Positions 32,449-45,888 of a stretch of 64,000 nucleotides of DNA are shown here, piece after piece. Below the pieces are notes generated by a model. That model did not search any database. It was not told the DNA's origin and saw only the letters and a program-made list of their open reading frames with translations. Location of the stretch: contig OZ037846.1 of the NCBI GenBank assembly GCA_964035575.1, positions 1,488,001-1,552,000 of the forward strand, read 5' to 3'. Position 1 is the first letter of the stretch, and each line of letters starts with the position of its first letter. The stretch comes from Rhynchopus sp. YZ270_cl-10. Its lineage: Eukaryota. A program made the position numbers and the translations under genes.

Positions 32449-34258
32449 CGACATCGATTCCCTCATTAAAAACGAGCACCTTTTTAGGGCGCTCGGGATC
32501 CTTCACGGAAGCATTGACGGCACTAAGGCCACACCCGTTCTTCGCAGATGCCGCATCTTGGCAGAGAGTGAGTGCAGGGAGGGGAGGTCTTACGGAGGAA
32601 GGTGAACACCTGACGCCTGACGATAGCCGAGAAGGGCAAACTCCACGCTCTCACCGTGCTGGCAGGGATTGGCGAGATGTTTTGGTCCAGGAGTATTTTT
32701 ATGAACTTTAAAAAAATTTCGCCACTCGGGGACTCGTCGGCAGAATGGTTTCTTCCTCCTCCTCCTCTTCCTCTTCCCCAGCAGTATTACATCGGGCACC
32801 CTGCGTTGTTCTTCTTCAGGCGCTTTGCGGCTTCCTCGCCCTGCCGCTTCAGGGTTGCTGATGCCCCTCCTGAGGGAGGGGAAGAAGGAGATCTGAGATA
32901 GATAGAGAGTACCTAAAAGACCCGCGAGGGGCGAACAGCAATGATAAAAACGGAGAGGAGGGGAGGGGGATACTTTTATCTCGAAATAGGCGCTACGATG
33001 AGGGGGGCGAATGTGGAAGCCGAAACAACCCAAAACAAAACCCAACAAAAAATCTGATGAAGATGGTGTGGTGATTTGGTGAGGGTAGAGACTGAAACAT
33101 AAACGGACCCCGGTCAACCAGGACAAAGCCTGAGGAAAATCAAATAAATATTCTGCCAAATAGCAGTGTGCGTGCCATATCAAATCAAAAGAACGGTAGT
33201 CTGTATCAAACACGCAGCGAAGCTGCTCCGCTAAAGCGTGTTTCAGCGAGACAGAGAGAGAGAGAGACCCGGGGGCTTGTTGAAGGGACGGAGCGGGAAA
33301 AGGAAAAGAAAAAAGGTTTATTCCGAAGGCTGTCTTTGTGTACTAAGGTTACCTCAGAGAGAAGATGCGATTGTCTCACAAAACTTTTATTATTATTTTT
33401 GCTTTTTTCTGCCAACATAAACCTGTGGTCCACACCCTTCTAGCCTTTTTGACCACCACTGTGTAGCCTGAACAGATTTGGCCAAGTGCCATTTCATCTG
33501 CGGTCTTTCTTTTTTTCACCTGAGTCGGAGAGGTGAACAGAGCATCTAGTCGACAGTAAGGAGTCCGAGAGAAACAGGCAAGGCGACGGCTGCGTGTGGA
33601 ACTCATACAAAGTGTAGTTTTCCACCAGCGCACAATCAACTGGCGTCCCAAGGTTTTGTGCGACTCTTCAAATTTTCTGCACCCAACAAACACCATCTCA
33701 TCACCGTCTCAGCTTCCTTCACAAGCAAAAGAAAATAGGGCAAAAGTAGCGTACCATGCGCCTGCGGCGCTCTTACTGTCTTCATTAAAACAAAAGCATA
33801 TTGGCAAAACTGCGAATAGTGCAATTTTATTTCGCCTGCGGCGCCCACCTCCTTCCCCTCTCCTCGTGGGTGCAGGGAGTCGCGACGGCTCGGCAAAAGC
33901 GGGGGGACCAAATTTTGAGACCAAAAACCAAGCGGAAGCCCTGCTTACTAAGTTAGACAGAAAAAATGGTCCCAAAAACAATAGTGCATCAGAACAAATG
34001 AAAATGCCTCCCTCCCTCCCCCTCTCTCTTTTCTCCTATCCAATGAATTCTGTTCCTCAACTTATTTCACTCTTCCCCGCAAAGGAGTACGTAGGTCCTA
34101 CAACGTGTGTGTGTCTGAAGAAGTGTCAGGGATACGTACACGCAGCGCACCAGGTGCTCCAAACGAACCGGAACAACTCAGTTTTGTTAAAGGGTCGTTT
34201 GTTAGCCCTCAATTTGGAGAGAAAAACACACCACCCACCAGCATACTAAATAAAAACC

Positions 34259-35930
34259 ATGTCGAAGCGACACGTGGATGTGGACACTACATTGCACGAG
34301 AACCCACCAAAGAGAAGAAAGCTTTCTGCAGACGAGGTCTTGGTGGAGGCTGCCAAGAAGGGGGACACGACTGCTGTGCGGGCGGGACTTGAGAAGCTCA
34401 GAACAGACACAGACAACAAAACAGTGGTCTTGGATGCTGTGCACGAGGCATGCAGAGGGAACCACGATGAATGCCTCGCACTGCTTCTTCCGTATGTTGA
34501 GACAACGCAGATGGGGTTCGGGAACTTGCTGAGTGAATGTGTCGACGCAGACCACGTTGCGTGCACGGAGGTCCTCTTGCAGCATTGGAAGTCAGTCTGC
34601 AGCAACATGGTGATGGTCCCACACGGGCAAGAGGATACAGAAAGGCGTGCCTGTCCAGCCATGTGGGCAGACCCTGCAGTGTGTCAGGTGCTCATTGATG
34701 CAGGGGCAGACATCGAAACAAAGGACTACATGGGACGTTCGCCTCTGCACTGGGCTTGCCGTTCAGGAGCACTTGACGTTGTGAAGCTGTTGGTGAAAGC
34801 AGGTGCGGGGGTGCGTGTCACAGACAACAAAGGTTACACATGTCTTATTCGTGCATCAGAGCATGGACGCACTGAGACTGTGCGCTATCTTGTGAACCTG
34901 CCACAGGTGGACCTGAGGCACAAGGATAATGAGAGCTACACTGCGTTGCACTGCGCAGCAGGTGCACAACATGCGGATGTGGTGAAGGTGCTAATTGATG
35001 CAGGGGCAGATATCGAAATAAAGAATGAACTTGGACGTCCGCCTCTTATCGTGGCTTGTCATTCTGGAGCACTTGACGTTGTGAAGCTGTTGGTGAAAGC
35101 AGGTGCGGGGGTGCGTGTCACAGACAACGAAGGTTACACATGTCTTATCCTTGCTGCCTATTGTGGACACACCGAGACTGTGCGCTATCTTGGGCTTGCC
35201 ACAGGTGGACGTGAATCACAAGGGTAATGACGGCTGGTCTGCGATTTTCTCTGCAGTGCGTCAAAAGCATGCAGCTGTGGTGGAAGTACTCATTGATGCA
35301 GGGGCAGGTTTCGCAATATTCGGAATAATGGTTGATACGGGGCGTTCACCTCTTCACGAGGCTTGCCGTTCAGGAGCACTTTCAGTTGTGAAGCTGTTGG
35401 TGAAAGCAGGTGCGGGTGTGCGTGTCACAGACAACGACGGACGCACGTGTCTTATGTGTGCATCAGAGCATGGACGCACCGAGACTGTGCGCTATCTTCT
35501 CTGCCTGCCACAGGTGGACGCGAATAACTCAGGTAACAGGGGTTACACTTCAGTGCACCGCGCAGTGTTACGGAAGCACTCAGATGTGGTGAAGGTGCTC
35601 ATTGACGCTGGGGCAGACGTCGATGCAAAGGACAGCAAGGGACGTACGCCTCTGCACTGTGCTTGTACGGTGGAATATCCTGAAAATGTGCAGATGTTGG
35701 TCGAAGCAGGTGCGGACGTGTGTGCGGTGGATGACAAGAGTGACAGATGCCTCAGCGTTGCGGCTCGTCATGGACACACCGAGACTGTGCGCTATCTTGT
35801 GGGCTTGCCAGAGGTGGACGTGAACCACAGAAATTTGTTGGGCCACACTGCATTGGACTGTGCGAGGGTGAAACAGCATGCAGATGTGGTGCAGGTTCTC
35901 CTCGAGCACCGTGGGGAAGTCTTTGCATAA
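34259..35930 (+). pseudogene. Ankyrin-repeat gene copy 6, same 2-bp frameshift as copy 3
   Basis: Split ORFs 34259-35227 and 35103-35930. Confidence 0.85.
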
Positions 35931-36219
35931 TAAGGTATATTGTGCGTGTCTGTTTTCGGCAACTGAACTAAACACTCCCACTGAGGTTACACCTTGTGGG
36001 ATCGGCATTGCGAGAAGTCATTCGACAGACTTTGAGAATTGCCTGAACATGCCTACCATTTCATCTCCGGTCTTTCTTTTTTTCACCTGAGTCGGAGAGA
36101 GGTGAACAGAGGATCTAGTCGACAGTACGGAGTCCGAGAGAAACAGGCAAGGCGACGGCTGCGTGTGGAAATCAGACAAAGGGTGGTGACTGCACTTTTC
36201 ATGTCTTTTCAATCATTCC

Positions 36220-36915
36220 CAGGGCTTTCCGCAGGGGGGAGAATGAAAAGATATGGGGACCAGCCTGCGCTTGAGCATTCTGAGGCTTCCTATTTGGACT
36301 TTTCCAGATTTTTTGCATTTTTTCGTACCGTCCTGTCCCCGTACGTTCAAATACAGGCATAAAGTACGGTTCCAGCTTCCCCTGCTCCTCTCACAAATAA
36401 GCCAACAACGGGAGGCAACCGCGAACCCTGTGTTCGCGTCAGTTGCAGGCAAACGTCCACCATCAGAGACATCTGAGGTTGTGTACAAGAAGAAGGAGAA
36501 GTCGTGTCAATCTCATTCAATTATGAGGGTTGGAAGACGGAGGAGATCTAAAATGTTGCGTACTGTGGCTTCGCCTGGAACCTTTGGGTGCCAGGACCGG
36601 CGCTTCTTTTATAGATGTACTGTGGTTACTGATAAGAAGTCTGACACTCCCTGCGGCTTGTGGTTCACCCTCCCACCCTCGCGCCTTCCACGATTTTGTG
36701 CATCAGAGGGGGGAAAGCGCGTCACCTCTCGGCACTGGCAGGGAGTCGCGTGCACGAAGCGACCGCTTTTATGGGGAAAGCTCGGGGCCCAAATCACCCC
36801 GTAGGGGTCATTGACGAGAGCCCTGACAACAAGGCGCGTACTTATTTTTTTCCACCTTTTTTTTTTGGCTGGCCCCCCTGGAAGGCCAAAACCCCAAATC
36901 CTGCGGAAAGCCCTG
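36220..36915. mobile_element. hAT-type non-autonomous element (copy of 26551-27246)
   Basis: Same TIRs, offset 9669. Confidence 0.85.
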
Positions 36916-37354
36916 CATTACCCTAAAAAAGAAAACAAACGAAAAAAGAAGCCAAACCCTTTCAAGAAGTGGCATTTTTTGCGCATGACAAGAATGAAGC
37001 TCGACGTTGGTGGGTTATTCATCAATACAACAAGATGGCTTCGGGTAACAGTTCAGTGCCGTGCCTAAGTTAGACAGAAAAAAAATGGCCCCAAAAAACA
37101 ATATCTCTCTCTCTCTCTCTCTCTCTTTTCTCCTATCCAATGAATTCTGTTCCAACTTATTTCACTCTTCCCCGCAAAGGAGTACGTAGGCCCTTCAACG
37201 TGTGTGTGTCTGACGAAGTGTCAGGGATACGTACACGCAGCGCACCAGGTGCTCCCAAACGAACCGGAACAACTCAGTTTTGTTAAAGGGTCGTTTGTTA
37301 GCCCTCAATTTGGAGAGAAAAACACACCACCCACCAGCATACTAAATAAAAACC

Positions 37355-39634
37355 ATGTCGAAGCGACACGTGGATGTGGACACTACATTGGACGAGAACC
37401 CAACGAGAAGAAAGCTTTCTGCAGACGAGGTCTTGGTGGAGGCTGCCAAGAAGGGGGACACGACTGCTGTGCGGGCGGGACTTGAGAAGCTCAGAACAGA
37501 CACAGACAACAAAACAGTGGTCTTGGATGCTGTGCACGAGGCATGCAGAGGGAACCACGATGAATGCCTCGCACTGCTTCTTCCGTATGTTGAGACAACG
37601 CAGATGGGGTTCGGGAACTTGCTGAGTGAGTGTGTCGACGCAGACCACGTTGCGTGCACGGAGGTCCTCTTGCAGCATTGGAAGTCAGTCTGCAGCAACA
37701 TGGCGATGGTCCCACACGGGCAAGAGGATACAGAAAGGCGTGCCTGTCCAGCCATGTGGGCAGACCCTGCAGTGTGTCAGGTGCTCATTGATGCAGGGGC
37801 AGACATCGAAACAAAGAATGACATGGGACGTTCGCCTCTGCACTGGGCTTGCCGTTCAGGAGCACTTGCGGTTGTGAAGTTGTTGGTGAAAGCAGGTGCG
37901 GGGGTGCGTGTCACAGACAACTTCGGATACACGTGTCTTATGTGTGCATCATCTCAGGGACACACCGAGACTGTGCGCTATCTTGTGGGTTTGAAGGATG
38001 TGGACGTGAATCACAAATGCGAGAACCGCTCTGCGATTTTCTCTGCAGTATGTGAAAATCACTCAGATGTGGTGAAGGTTCTCATTGATGCAGGGGCAGA
38101 CATCGAGGGAGAGGACGACGATGGACGTTCGCCACTGCTCGTGGCAAGTTGTGTCGCGAATGTCGAGATTGTGAAAATGTTGGTGAGAGCAGGTGCGGGG
38201 GTGTGTGTCGCAGACAACGACGGGAACACATGTCTTGTATTTGCGGCCTATTCTGGACACACCGATACTGTGCGCTATCTTGTGGGCTTGCCAGAGGTGG
38301 ACCTGAGTCACAAGGATAATGACGGCTGCACTGCGTTGCACTGCGCAGCTGATCAAAATCACTCAGATGTGGTGGAGGTGCTCATTGATGCAGGGGCTGA
38401 TATCGAAGCAATGGATGACACGGGACGTTCGCCTCTGCACTGTGCTTGCCGTTCAGGAGCACTTGACGTTGTGAAGTTGTTGGTGAAAGCAGATGCAGGA
38501 GTGTGTGTCACAGACAACGACGGAAACACGTGTCTTATCCTTGCGGCCTATTCTGGGTACACCGAGACTGTGCGCTATCTTGTGGGCTTGCCGGGGGTGG
38601 ACGTGAGTCACAAGGATAATGACAGCCATACTGCGTTGCACTGCGCAGCTGATCAAAATGATGTAGATGTGGTGGAGGTGCTCATTGAGGCAGTCGCTGA
38701 TATCGAAACCAAGGACGACACGGGATGTCCGCCTCTGCACTGGGCTTGCCATTCAGGGGCACTTGATGTTGTGAAGCTGTTGGTGAAAGCAGGTGCGGGG
38801 GTGCGTGTCACAGACAACAAAGGACGCACGTGTCTTATGTGTGCATCAGAGCGTGGACGCACCGATACTGTGCGCTATCTTGTGGGCTTGCCACAGGTGG
38901 ACGTGAGTCACAAAGATAATGACGGCTGCACTGCGTTGCACTGCGCAGCTGATCAAAAGCATGCAGATGTGGTGAAGGTGCTCATTGATGCAGGGGCTGA
39001 TATCGACATGCAGGATAACATGGGACGTTCGCCTCTGCACTGGACTTGCCGTTTAGGAGCACTCGACGTTATGAAGCTGTTGGTGAAAGCAGGTGCGGGG
39101 GTGGGTGTGACGGACAACGACGGAAACACATGTCTTCTGCGTGCAACATTTCAGGGGCGCACTAATGACGATACCGAGACTGTGCGCTATCTTCTCTGCC
39201 TGCCACAGGTGAACGTGAATGACTCAAATAACAGGGGCTTCACTTCACTGTACCGCGCAGTGTTGCGGAATCACTCAGATGTGGTGAAGGTGCTCATTGA
39301 CGCTGGGGCAGACGTCGAGGCAATGAACGATGGACGTACGCCTCTGCACTGTGCTTGTATGGTGGGAAATCTTAAAAATGTGCAGATGTTGGTCGAAGCA
39401 GGTGCGGACGTGTGTGAGGTGGATGGAAAGGGTGACAGATGCCTCAGCGTTGCGGCTCGTCATGGACACACCGAGACTGTGCGCTATCTTGTGGGCTTGC
39501 CAGAGGTGGACGTGAACCACAGAAATTTGTTGGGCCACACTGCATTGGACCGTGCGAGGGTGGAACAGCATTCAGGTGTGGTGCAGGTTCTCCTCGAGCA
39601 CCGTGGGGAAGTCTTTGCGCAATCACTCACGTGA
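37355..39634 (+). CDS. Ankyrin-repeat protein, copy 7 (same translation as copy 4)
   Basis: 759-aa ORF. Confidence 0.9.
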   Translation: MSKRHVDVDTTLDENPTRRKLSADEVLVEAAKKGDTTAVRAGLEKLRTDTDNKTVVLDAVHEACRGNHDECLALLLPYVETTQMGFGNLLSECVDADHVACTEVLLQHWKSVCSNMAMVPHGQEDTERRACPAMWADPAVCQVLIDAGADIETKNDMGRSPLHWACRSGALAVVKLLVKAGAGVRVTDNFGYTCLMCASSQGHTETVRYLVGLKDVDVNHKCENRSAIFSAVCENHSDVVKVLIDAGADIEGEDDDGRSPLLVASCVANVEIVKMLVRAGAGVCVADNDGNTCLVFAAYSGHTDTVRYLVGLPEVDLSHKDNDGCTALHCAADQNHSDVVEVLIDAGADIEAMDDTGRSPLHCACRSGALDVVKLLVKADAGVCVTDNDGNTCLILAAYSGYTETVRYLVGLPGVDVSHKDNDSHTALHCAADQNDVDVVEVLIEAVADIETKDDTGCPPLHWACHSGALDVVKLLVKAGAGVRVTDNKGRTCLMCASERGRTDTVRYLVGLPQVDVSHKDNDGCTALHCAADQKHADVVKVLIDAGADIDMQDNMGRSPLHWTCRLGALDVMKLLVKAGAGVGVTDNDGNTCLLRATFQGRTNDDTETVRYLLCLPQVNVNDSNNRGFTSLYRAVLRNHSDVVKVLIDAGADVEAMNDGRTPLHCACMVGNLKNVQMLVEAGADVCEVDGKGDRCLSVAARHGHTETVRYLVGLPEVDVNHRNLLGHTALDRARVEQHSGVVQVLLEHRGEVFAQSLT

Positions 39635-40161
39635 CGACATCGATTCCCTCATTAAAAACGACCTTTTTAGGGCGCTCGGGATCCTTCACGGAAGCATTGA
39701 TGGCACTAAAGCCATACCCGTTCTTCGCAGATTCCGCATCTGATCCGTTTGTGGAGTGGGAGGGTTTGCGGGCTGGCCAAGTTGCCTTCCCTCGTCGCAT
39801 GAGCACACCACCACCCAGCCACCAAACCCAAAAAAACCCCCCCAAAGTGCTATTTTCTGCTATTTTGGGGTCGTCAGCCACACCAATAATGCATCAGAAC
39901 AAATGAAAAATGCCTCTCTCTCTCTCTCTCTCTTTTCTCCTATCCAATGAATTCTGTTCCTCAACTTATTTCACTCTTCCCCACAAAGGAGTACGTAGGC
40001 CTACAACGTGTGTGTGTCTGAAGAAGTGTCAGGGATACGTACACGCAGCGCACCAGGTGTACCGAACGAACCGGAACAACTCAGTTTTGTTAAAGGGTCG
40101 TTTGTTAGCCCTCAATTTGGAGAGAAAAACACACCACCCACCAGCATACTAAATAAAAACC

Positions 40162-42117
40162 ATGTCGAAGCGACACGTGGATGTGGACACTACATTGGAC
40201 GAGAACCCACCAAAGAGAAGAAAGCTTTCTGCAGACGAGGTCTTGGTGGAGGCTGCCAAGAAGGGGGACACGACTGCTGTGCGGGCGGGACTTGAGAAGC
40301 TCAGCCCAGACACAGACAACAAAACAGTGTTCTTGGATACTGTGCACGAGGCATGCAGAGGGAACCACGATGAATGCCTCGCACTGCTTCTTCCGTATGT
40401 TGAGACAACGCAGATGGGGTTCGGGAACTTGCTGAGTGAGTGTGTCGACGCAGACCACGTTGCGTGCACGGAGGTCCTCTTGCAGCATTGGAAGTCAGTC
40501 TGCAGCAACATGGCGATGGTCCCACACGGGCAAGAGGATACAGAAAGGCGTGCCTGTCCAGCCATGTGGGCAGACCCTGCAGTGTGTCAGGTGCTCATTG
40601 ATGCAGGGGCAGACATCGAAACAAAGGACGACATGGGACGTTCGCCTCTGCACTGGGCTTGCCGTTCAGGAGCACTTGCAGTTGTGAAGCTGTTGGTGAA
40701 AGCAGGTGCGTGGGTGCGTGTCACAGACAACTTCGGAAACACGTGTCTTATGTGTGCATCATCTCAGGGACACACCGAGACTGTGCGCTATCTTGTGGGT
40801 TTGGAGGATGTGGACCTGAATAACAAAGGCTACTACAGCTGCTCTGCGTTGGTCTCTGCAGTATGTGAAAATCATGCAGATGTGGTGAAGGTGCTCATTG
40901 ATGCAGGGGCAGACATCGAGGGAGAGGACGACGATGGACGTTCGCCACTGCTCATAGCAAGTTGTGTTGCGAATGTCGAGATTGTGAAAATGTTGGTGAA
41001 AGCAGGTGCGGGGGTGCGTGTCGCAGACAACGAAGAAAACACATGTCTTATCCTTGCGGCCCATTGTGGACACACCGAGACTGTGCGCCATCTTGTGGGC
41101 TTGCCAGAGGTGGACCTGGGTCACAAGGATAGGGACGGCTTCACTGCGTTGCACTGCGCAGCTGATGAAAAGCACTCCGATGTGGTGGTGGTGCTCATTG
41201 ATGCAGGGGCTGATATCGAAGCAAAGGACTGCACGGGACGTTCGCCTCTTCACGTGGCTTGCCGTTCAGGAACACTTGACGTGGTGAAGTTGTTGGTGAA
41301 AGCAGGTGCGGGGGTGCGTGTCACAGACAACGAAGAAAACACATGTCTTATCATTGCGGCCCATTCTGGACACACCGAGACTGTGCGCTATCTTGTGGGC
41401 TTGCCACAGGTGGACGTGAGTCACAAAGATAATGACGGCTGCACTGCGTTGCACTGCGCAGCTGATCAAAATGATGCAGATGCGATGGAGGTGCTCATTG
41501 ATGCAGGCGCTGATATCGAAGCAATGGACGACACGGGATGTCCTCTTCTGTACTGGGCTTGCCATTCAGGAGTACTTTCAGTTGTGAAGCTGTTGGTGAA
41601 AGCAGGTGCGGGGGTGCGTGTCACAGACAACGAAGGAATCACGTGTCTTATGTGTGCATCAGAGCATGGACGCACAGAGACTGTGCGCTATCTTCTGGGA
41701 CTGCCAGAGGTGGACGTGAATGACTCAAATAACAGTGGCCCCACTTCACTGCACCGCGCAGTGTTGCGGAAGCACTCAGATGTGGTGAAGGTGCTCATTG
41801 ACGCTGGGGCAGACGTCGAAGCAATGAACGATGGACGTACGCCTCTGCACTGTGCTTGTGTAGCGGGTAATCCTGAAATTGTGCAGATGTTGGTCGAAGC
41901 AGGTGCGGACGTGTGTGCGGTGGATAACAAGAGTGACAGATGCCTCAGCATTGCGGCTCGTTATGGACACACCGAGACTGTGCGTTATCTTGTGGGCTTG
42001 CCAGAGGTGGACGTGAACCACAGAAATTTGTTGGGCCACACTGCATTGGACTGTGCGAGGAAGAAACAACATGCAGATGTGGTGCAGGTTCTCCTCGAGC
42101 AGCACTCCCACACGTGA
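40162..42117 (+). CDS. Ankyrin-repeat protein, copy 8 (same translation as copy 5)
   Basis: 651-aa ORF. Confidence 0.9.
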   Translation: MSKRHVDVDTTLDENPPKRRKLSADEVLVEAAKKGDTTAVRAGLEKLSPDTDNKTVFLDTVHEACRGNHDECLALLLPYVETTQMGFGNLLSECVDADHVACTEVLLQHWKSVCSNMAMVPHGQEDTERRACPAMWADPAVCQVLIDAGADIETKDDMGRSPLHWACRSGALAVVKLLVKAGAWVRVTDNFGNTCLMCASSQGHTETVRYLVGLEDVDLNNKGYYSCSALVSAVCENHADVVKVLIDAGADIEGEDDDGRSPLLIASCVANVEIVKMLVKAGAGVRVADNEENTCLILAAHCGHTETVRHLVGLPEVDLGHKDRDGFTALHCAADEKHSDVVVVLIDAGADIEAKDCTGRSPLHVACRSGTLDVVKLLVKAGAGVRVTDNEENTCLIIAAHSGHTETVRYLVGLPQVDVSHKDNDGCTALHCAADQNDADAMEVLIDAGADIEAMDDTGCPLLYWACHSGVLSVVKLLVKAGAGVRVTDNEGITCLMCASEHGRTETVRYLLGLPEVDVNDSNNSGPTSLHRAVLRKHSDVVKVLIDAGADVEAMNDGRTPLHCACVAGNPEIVQMLVEAGADVCAVDNKSDRCLSIAARYGHTETVRYLVGLPEVDVNHRNLLGHTALDCARKKQHADVVQVLLEQHSHT

Positions 42118-43927
42118 CGACATCGATTCCCTCATTAAAAACGAGCACCTTTTTAGGGCGCTCGGGATCCTTCACGGAAGCATTGACGGCACTAAGGCCA
42201 CACCCGTTCTTCGCAGATGCCGCATCTTGGCAGAGAGTGAGTGCAGGGAGGGGAGGTCTTACGGAGGAAGGTGAACACCTGACGCCTGACGATAGCCGAG
42301 AAGGGCAAACTCCACGCTCTCACCGTGCTGGCAGGGATTGGCGAGATGTTTTGGTCCAGGAGTATTTTTATGAACTTTAAAAAAATTTCGCCACTCGGGG
42401 ACTCGTCGGCAGAATGGTTTCTTCCTCCTCCTCCTCTTCCTCTTCCCCAGCAGTATTACATCGGGCACCCTGCGTTGTTCTTCTTCAGGCGCTTTGCGGC
42501 TTCCTCGCCCTGCCGCTTCAGGGTTGCTGATGCCCCTCCTGAGGGAGGGGAAGAAGGAGATCTGAGATAGATAGAGAGTACCTAAAAGACCCGCGAGGGG
42601 CGAACAGCAATGATAAAAACGGAGAGGAGGGGAGGGGGATACTTTTATCTCGAAATAGGCGCTACGATGAGGGGGGCGAATGTGGAAGCCGAAACAACCC
42701 AAAACAAAACCCAACAAAAAATCTGATGAAGATGGTGTGGTGATTTGGTGAGGGTAGAGACTGAAACATAAACGGACCCCGGTCAACCAGGACAAAGCCT
42801 GAGGAAAATCAAATAAATATTCTGCCAAATAGCAGTGTGCGTGCCATATCAAATCAAAAGAACGGTAGTCTGTATCAAACACGCAGCGAAGCTGCTCCGC
42901 TAAAGCGTGTTTCAGCGAGACAGAGAGAGAGAGAGACCCGGGGGCTTGTTGAAGGGACGGAGCGGGAAAAGGAAAAGAAAAAAGGTTTATTCCGAAGGCT
43001 GTCTTTGTGTACTAAGGTTACCTCAGAGAGAAGATGCGATTGTCTCACAAAACTTTTATTATTATTTTTGCTTTTTTCTGCCAACATAAACCTGTGGTCC
43101 ACACCCTTCTAGCCTTTTTGACCACCACTGTGTAGCCTGAACAGATTTGGCCAAGTGCCATTTCATCTGCGGTCTTTCTTTTTTTCACCTGAGTCGGAGA
43201 GGTGAACAGAGCATCTAGTCGACAGTAAGGAGTCCGAGAGAAACAGGCAAGGCGACGGCTGCGTGTGGAACTCATACAAAGTGTAGTTTTCCACCAGCGC
43301 ACAATCAACTGGCGTCCCAAGGTTTTGTGCGACTCTTCAAATTTTCTGCACCCAACAAACACCATCTCATCACCGTCTCAGCTTCCTTCACAAGCAAAAG
43401 AAAATAGGGCAAAAGTAGCGTACCATGCGCCTGCGGCGCTCTTACTGTCTTCATTAAAACAAAAGCATATTGGCAAAACTGCGAATAGTGCAATTTTATT
43501 TCGCCTGCGGCGCCCACCTCCTTCCCCTCTCCTCGTGGGTGCAGGGAGTCGCGACGGCTCGGCAAAAGCGGGGGGACCAAATTTTGAGACCAAAAACCAA
43601 GCGGAAGCCCTGCTTACTAAGTTAGACAGAAAAAATGGTCCCAAAAACAATAGTGCATCAGAACAAATGAAAATGCCTCCCTCCCTCCCCCTCTCTCTTT
43701 TCTCCTATCCAATGAATTCTGTTCCTCAACTTATTTCACTCTTCCCCGCAAAGGAGTACGTAGGTCCTACAACGTGTGTGTGTCTGAAGAAGTGTCAGGG
43801 ATACGTACACGCAGCGCACCAGGTGCTCCAAACGAACCGGAACAACTCAGTTTTGTTAAAGGGTCGTTTGTTAGCCCTCAATTTGGAGAGAAAAACACAC
43901 CACCCACCAGCATACTAAATAAAAACC

Positions 43928-45599
43928 ATGTCGAAGCGACACGTGGATGTGGACACTACATTGCACGAGAACCCACCAAAGAGAAGAAAGCTTTCTGCAG
44001 ACGAGGTCTTGGTGGAGGCTGCCAAGAAGGGGGACACGACTGCTGTGCGGGCGGGACTTGAGAAGCTCAGAACAGACACAGACAACAAAACAGTGGTCTT
44101 GGATGCTGTGCACGAGGCATGCAGAGGGAACCACGATGAATGCCTCGCACTGCTTCTTCCGTATGTTGAGACAACGCAGATGGGGTTCGGGAACTTGCTG
44201 AGTGAATGTGTCGACGCAGACCACGTTGCGTGCACGGAGGTCCTCTTGCAGCATTGGAAGTCAGTCTGCAGCAACATGGTGATGGTCCCACACGGGCAAG
44301 AGGATACAGAAAGGCGTGCCTGTCCAGCCATGTGGGCAGACCCTGCAGTGTGTCAGGTGCTCATTGATGCAGGGGCAGACATCGAAACAAAGGACTACAT
44401 GGGACGTTCGCCTCTGCACTGGGCTTGCCGTTCAGGAGCACTTGACGTTGTGAAGCTGTTGGTGAAAGCAGGTGCGGGGGTGCGTGTCACAGACAACAAA
44501 GGTTACACATGTCTTATTCGTGCATCAGAGCATGGACGCACTGAGACTGTGCGCTATCTTGTGAACCTGCCACAGGTGGACCTGAGGCACAAGGATAATG
44601 AGAGCTACACTGCGTTGCACTGCGCAGCAGGTGCACAACATGCGGATGTGGTGAAGGTGCTAATTGATGCAGGGGCAGATATCGAAATAAAGAATGAACT
44701 TGGACGTCCGCCTCTTATCGTGGCTTGTCATTCTGGAGCACTTGACGTTGTGAAGCTGTTGGTGAAAGCAGGTGCGGGGGTGCGTGTCACAGACAACGAA
44801 GGTTACACATGTCTTATCCTTGCTGCCTATTGTGGACACACCGAGACTGTGCGCTATCTTGGGCTTGCCACAGGTGGACGTGAATCACAAGGGTAATGAC
44901 GGCTGGTCTGCGATTTTCTCTGCAGTGCGTCAAAAGCATGCAGCTGTGGTGGAAGTACTCATTGATGCAGGGGCAGGTTTCGCAATATTCGGAATAATGG
45001 TTGATACGGGGCGTTCACCTCTTCACGAGGCTTGCCGTTCAGGAGCACTTTCAGTTGTGAAGCTGTTGGTGAAAGCAGGTGCGGGTGTGCGTGTCACAGA
45101 CAACGACGGACGCACGTGTCTTATGTGTGCATCAGAGCATGGACGCACCGAGACTGTGCGCTATCTTCTCTGCCTGCCACAGGTGGACGCGAATAACTCA
45201 GGTAACAGGGGTTACACTTCAGTGCACCGCGCAGTGTTACGGAAGCACTCAGATGTGGTGAAGGTGCTCATTGACGCTGGGGCAGACGTCGATGCAAAGG
45301 ACAGCAAGGGACGTACGCCTCTGCACTGTGCTTGTACGGTGGAATATCCTGAAAATGTGCAGATGTTGGTCGAAGCAGGTGCGGACGTGTGTGCGGTGGA
45401 TGACAAGAGTGACAGATGCCTCAGCGTTGCGGCTCGTCATGGACACACCGAGACTGTGCGCTATCTTGTGGGCTTGCCAGAGGTGGACGTGAACCACAGA
45501 AATTTGTTGGGCCACACTGCATTGGACTGTGCGAGGGTGAAACAGCATGCAGATGTGGTGCAGGTTCTCCTCGAGCACCGTGGGGAAGTCTTTGCATAA
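43928..45599 (+). pseudogene. Ankyrin-repeat gene copy 9, same 2-bp frameshift
   Basis: Split ORFs 43928-44896 and 44772-45599. Confidence 0.85.
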
Positions 45600-45888
45600 T
45601 AAGGTATATTGTGCGTGTCTGTTTTCGGCAACTGAACTAAACACTCCCACTGAGGTTACACCTTGTGGGATCGGCATTGCGAGAAGTCATTCGACAGACT
45701 TTGAGAATTGCCTGAACATGCCTACCATTTCATCTCCGGTCTTTCTTTTTTTCACCTGAGTCGGAGAGAGGTGAACAGAGGATCTAGTCGACAGTACGGA
45801 GTCCGAGAGAAACAGGCAAGGCGACGGCTGCGTGTGGAAATCAGACAAAGGGTGGTGACTGCACTTTTCATGTCTTTTCAATCATTCC

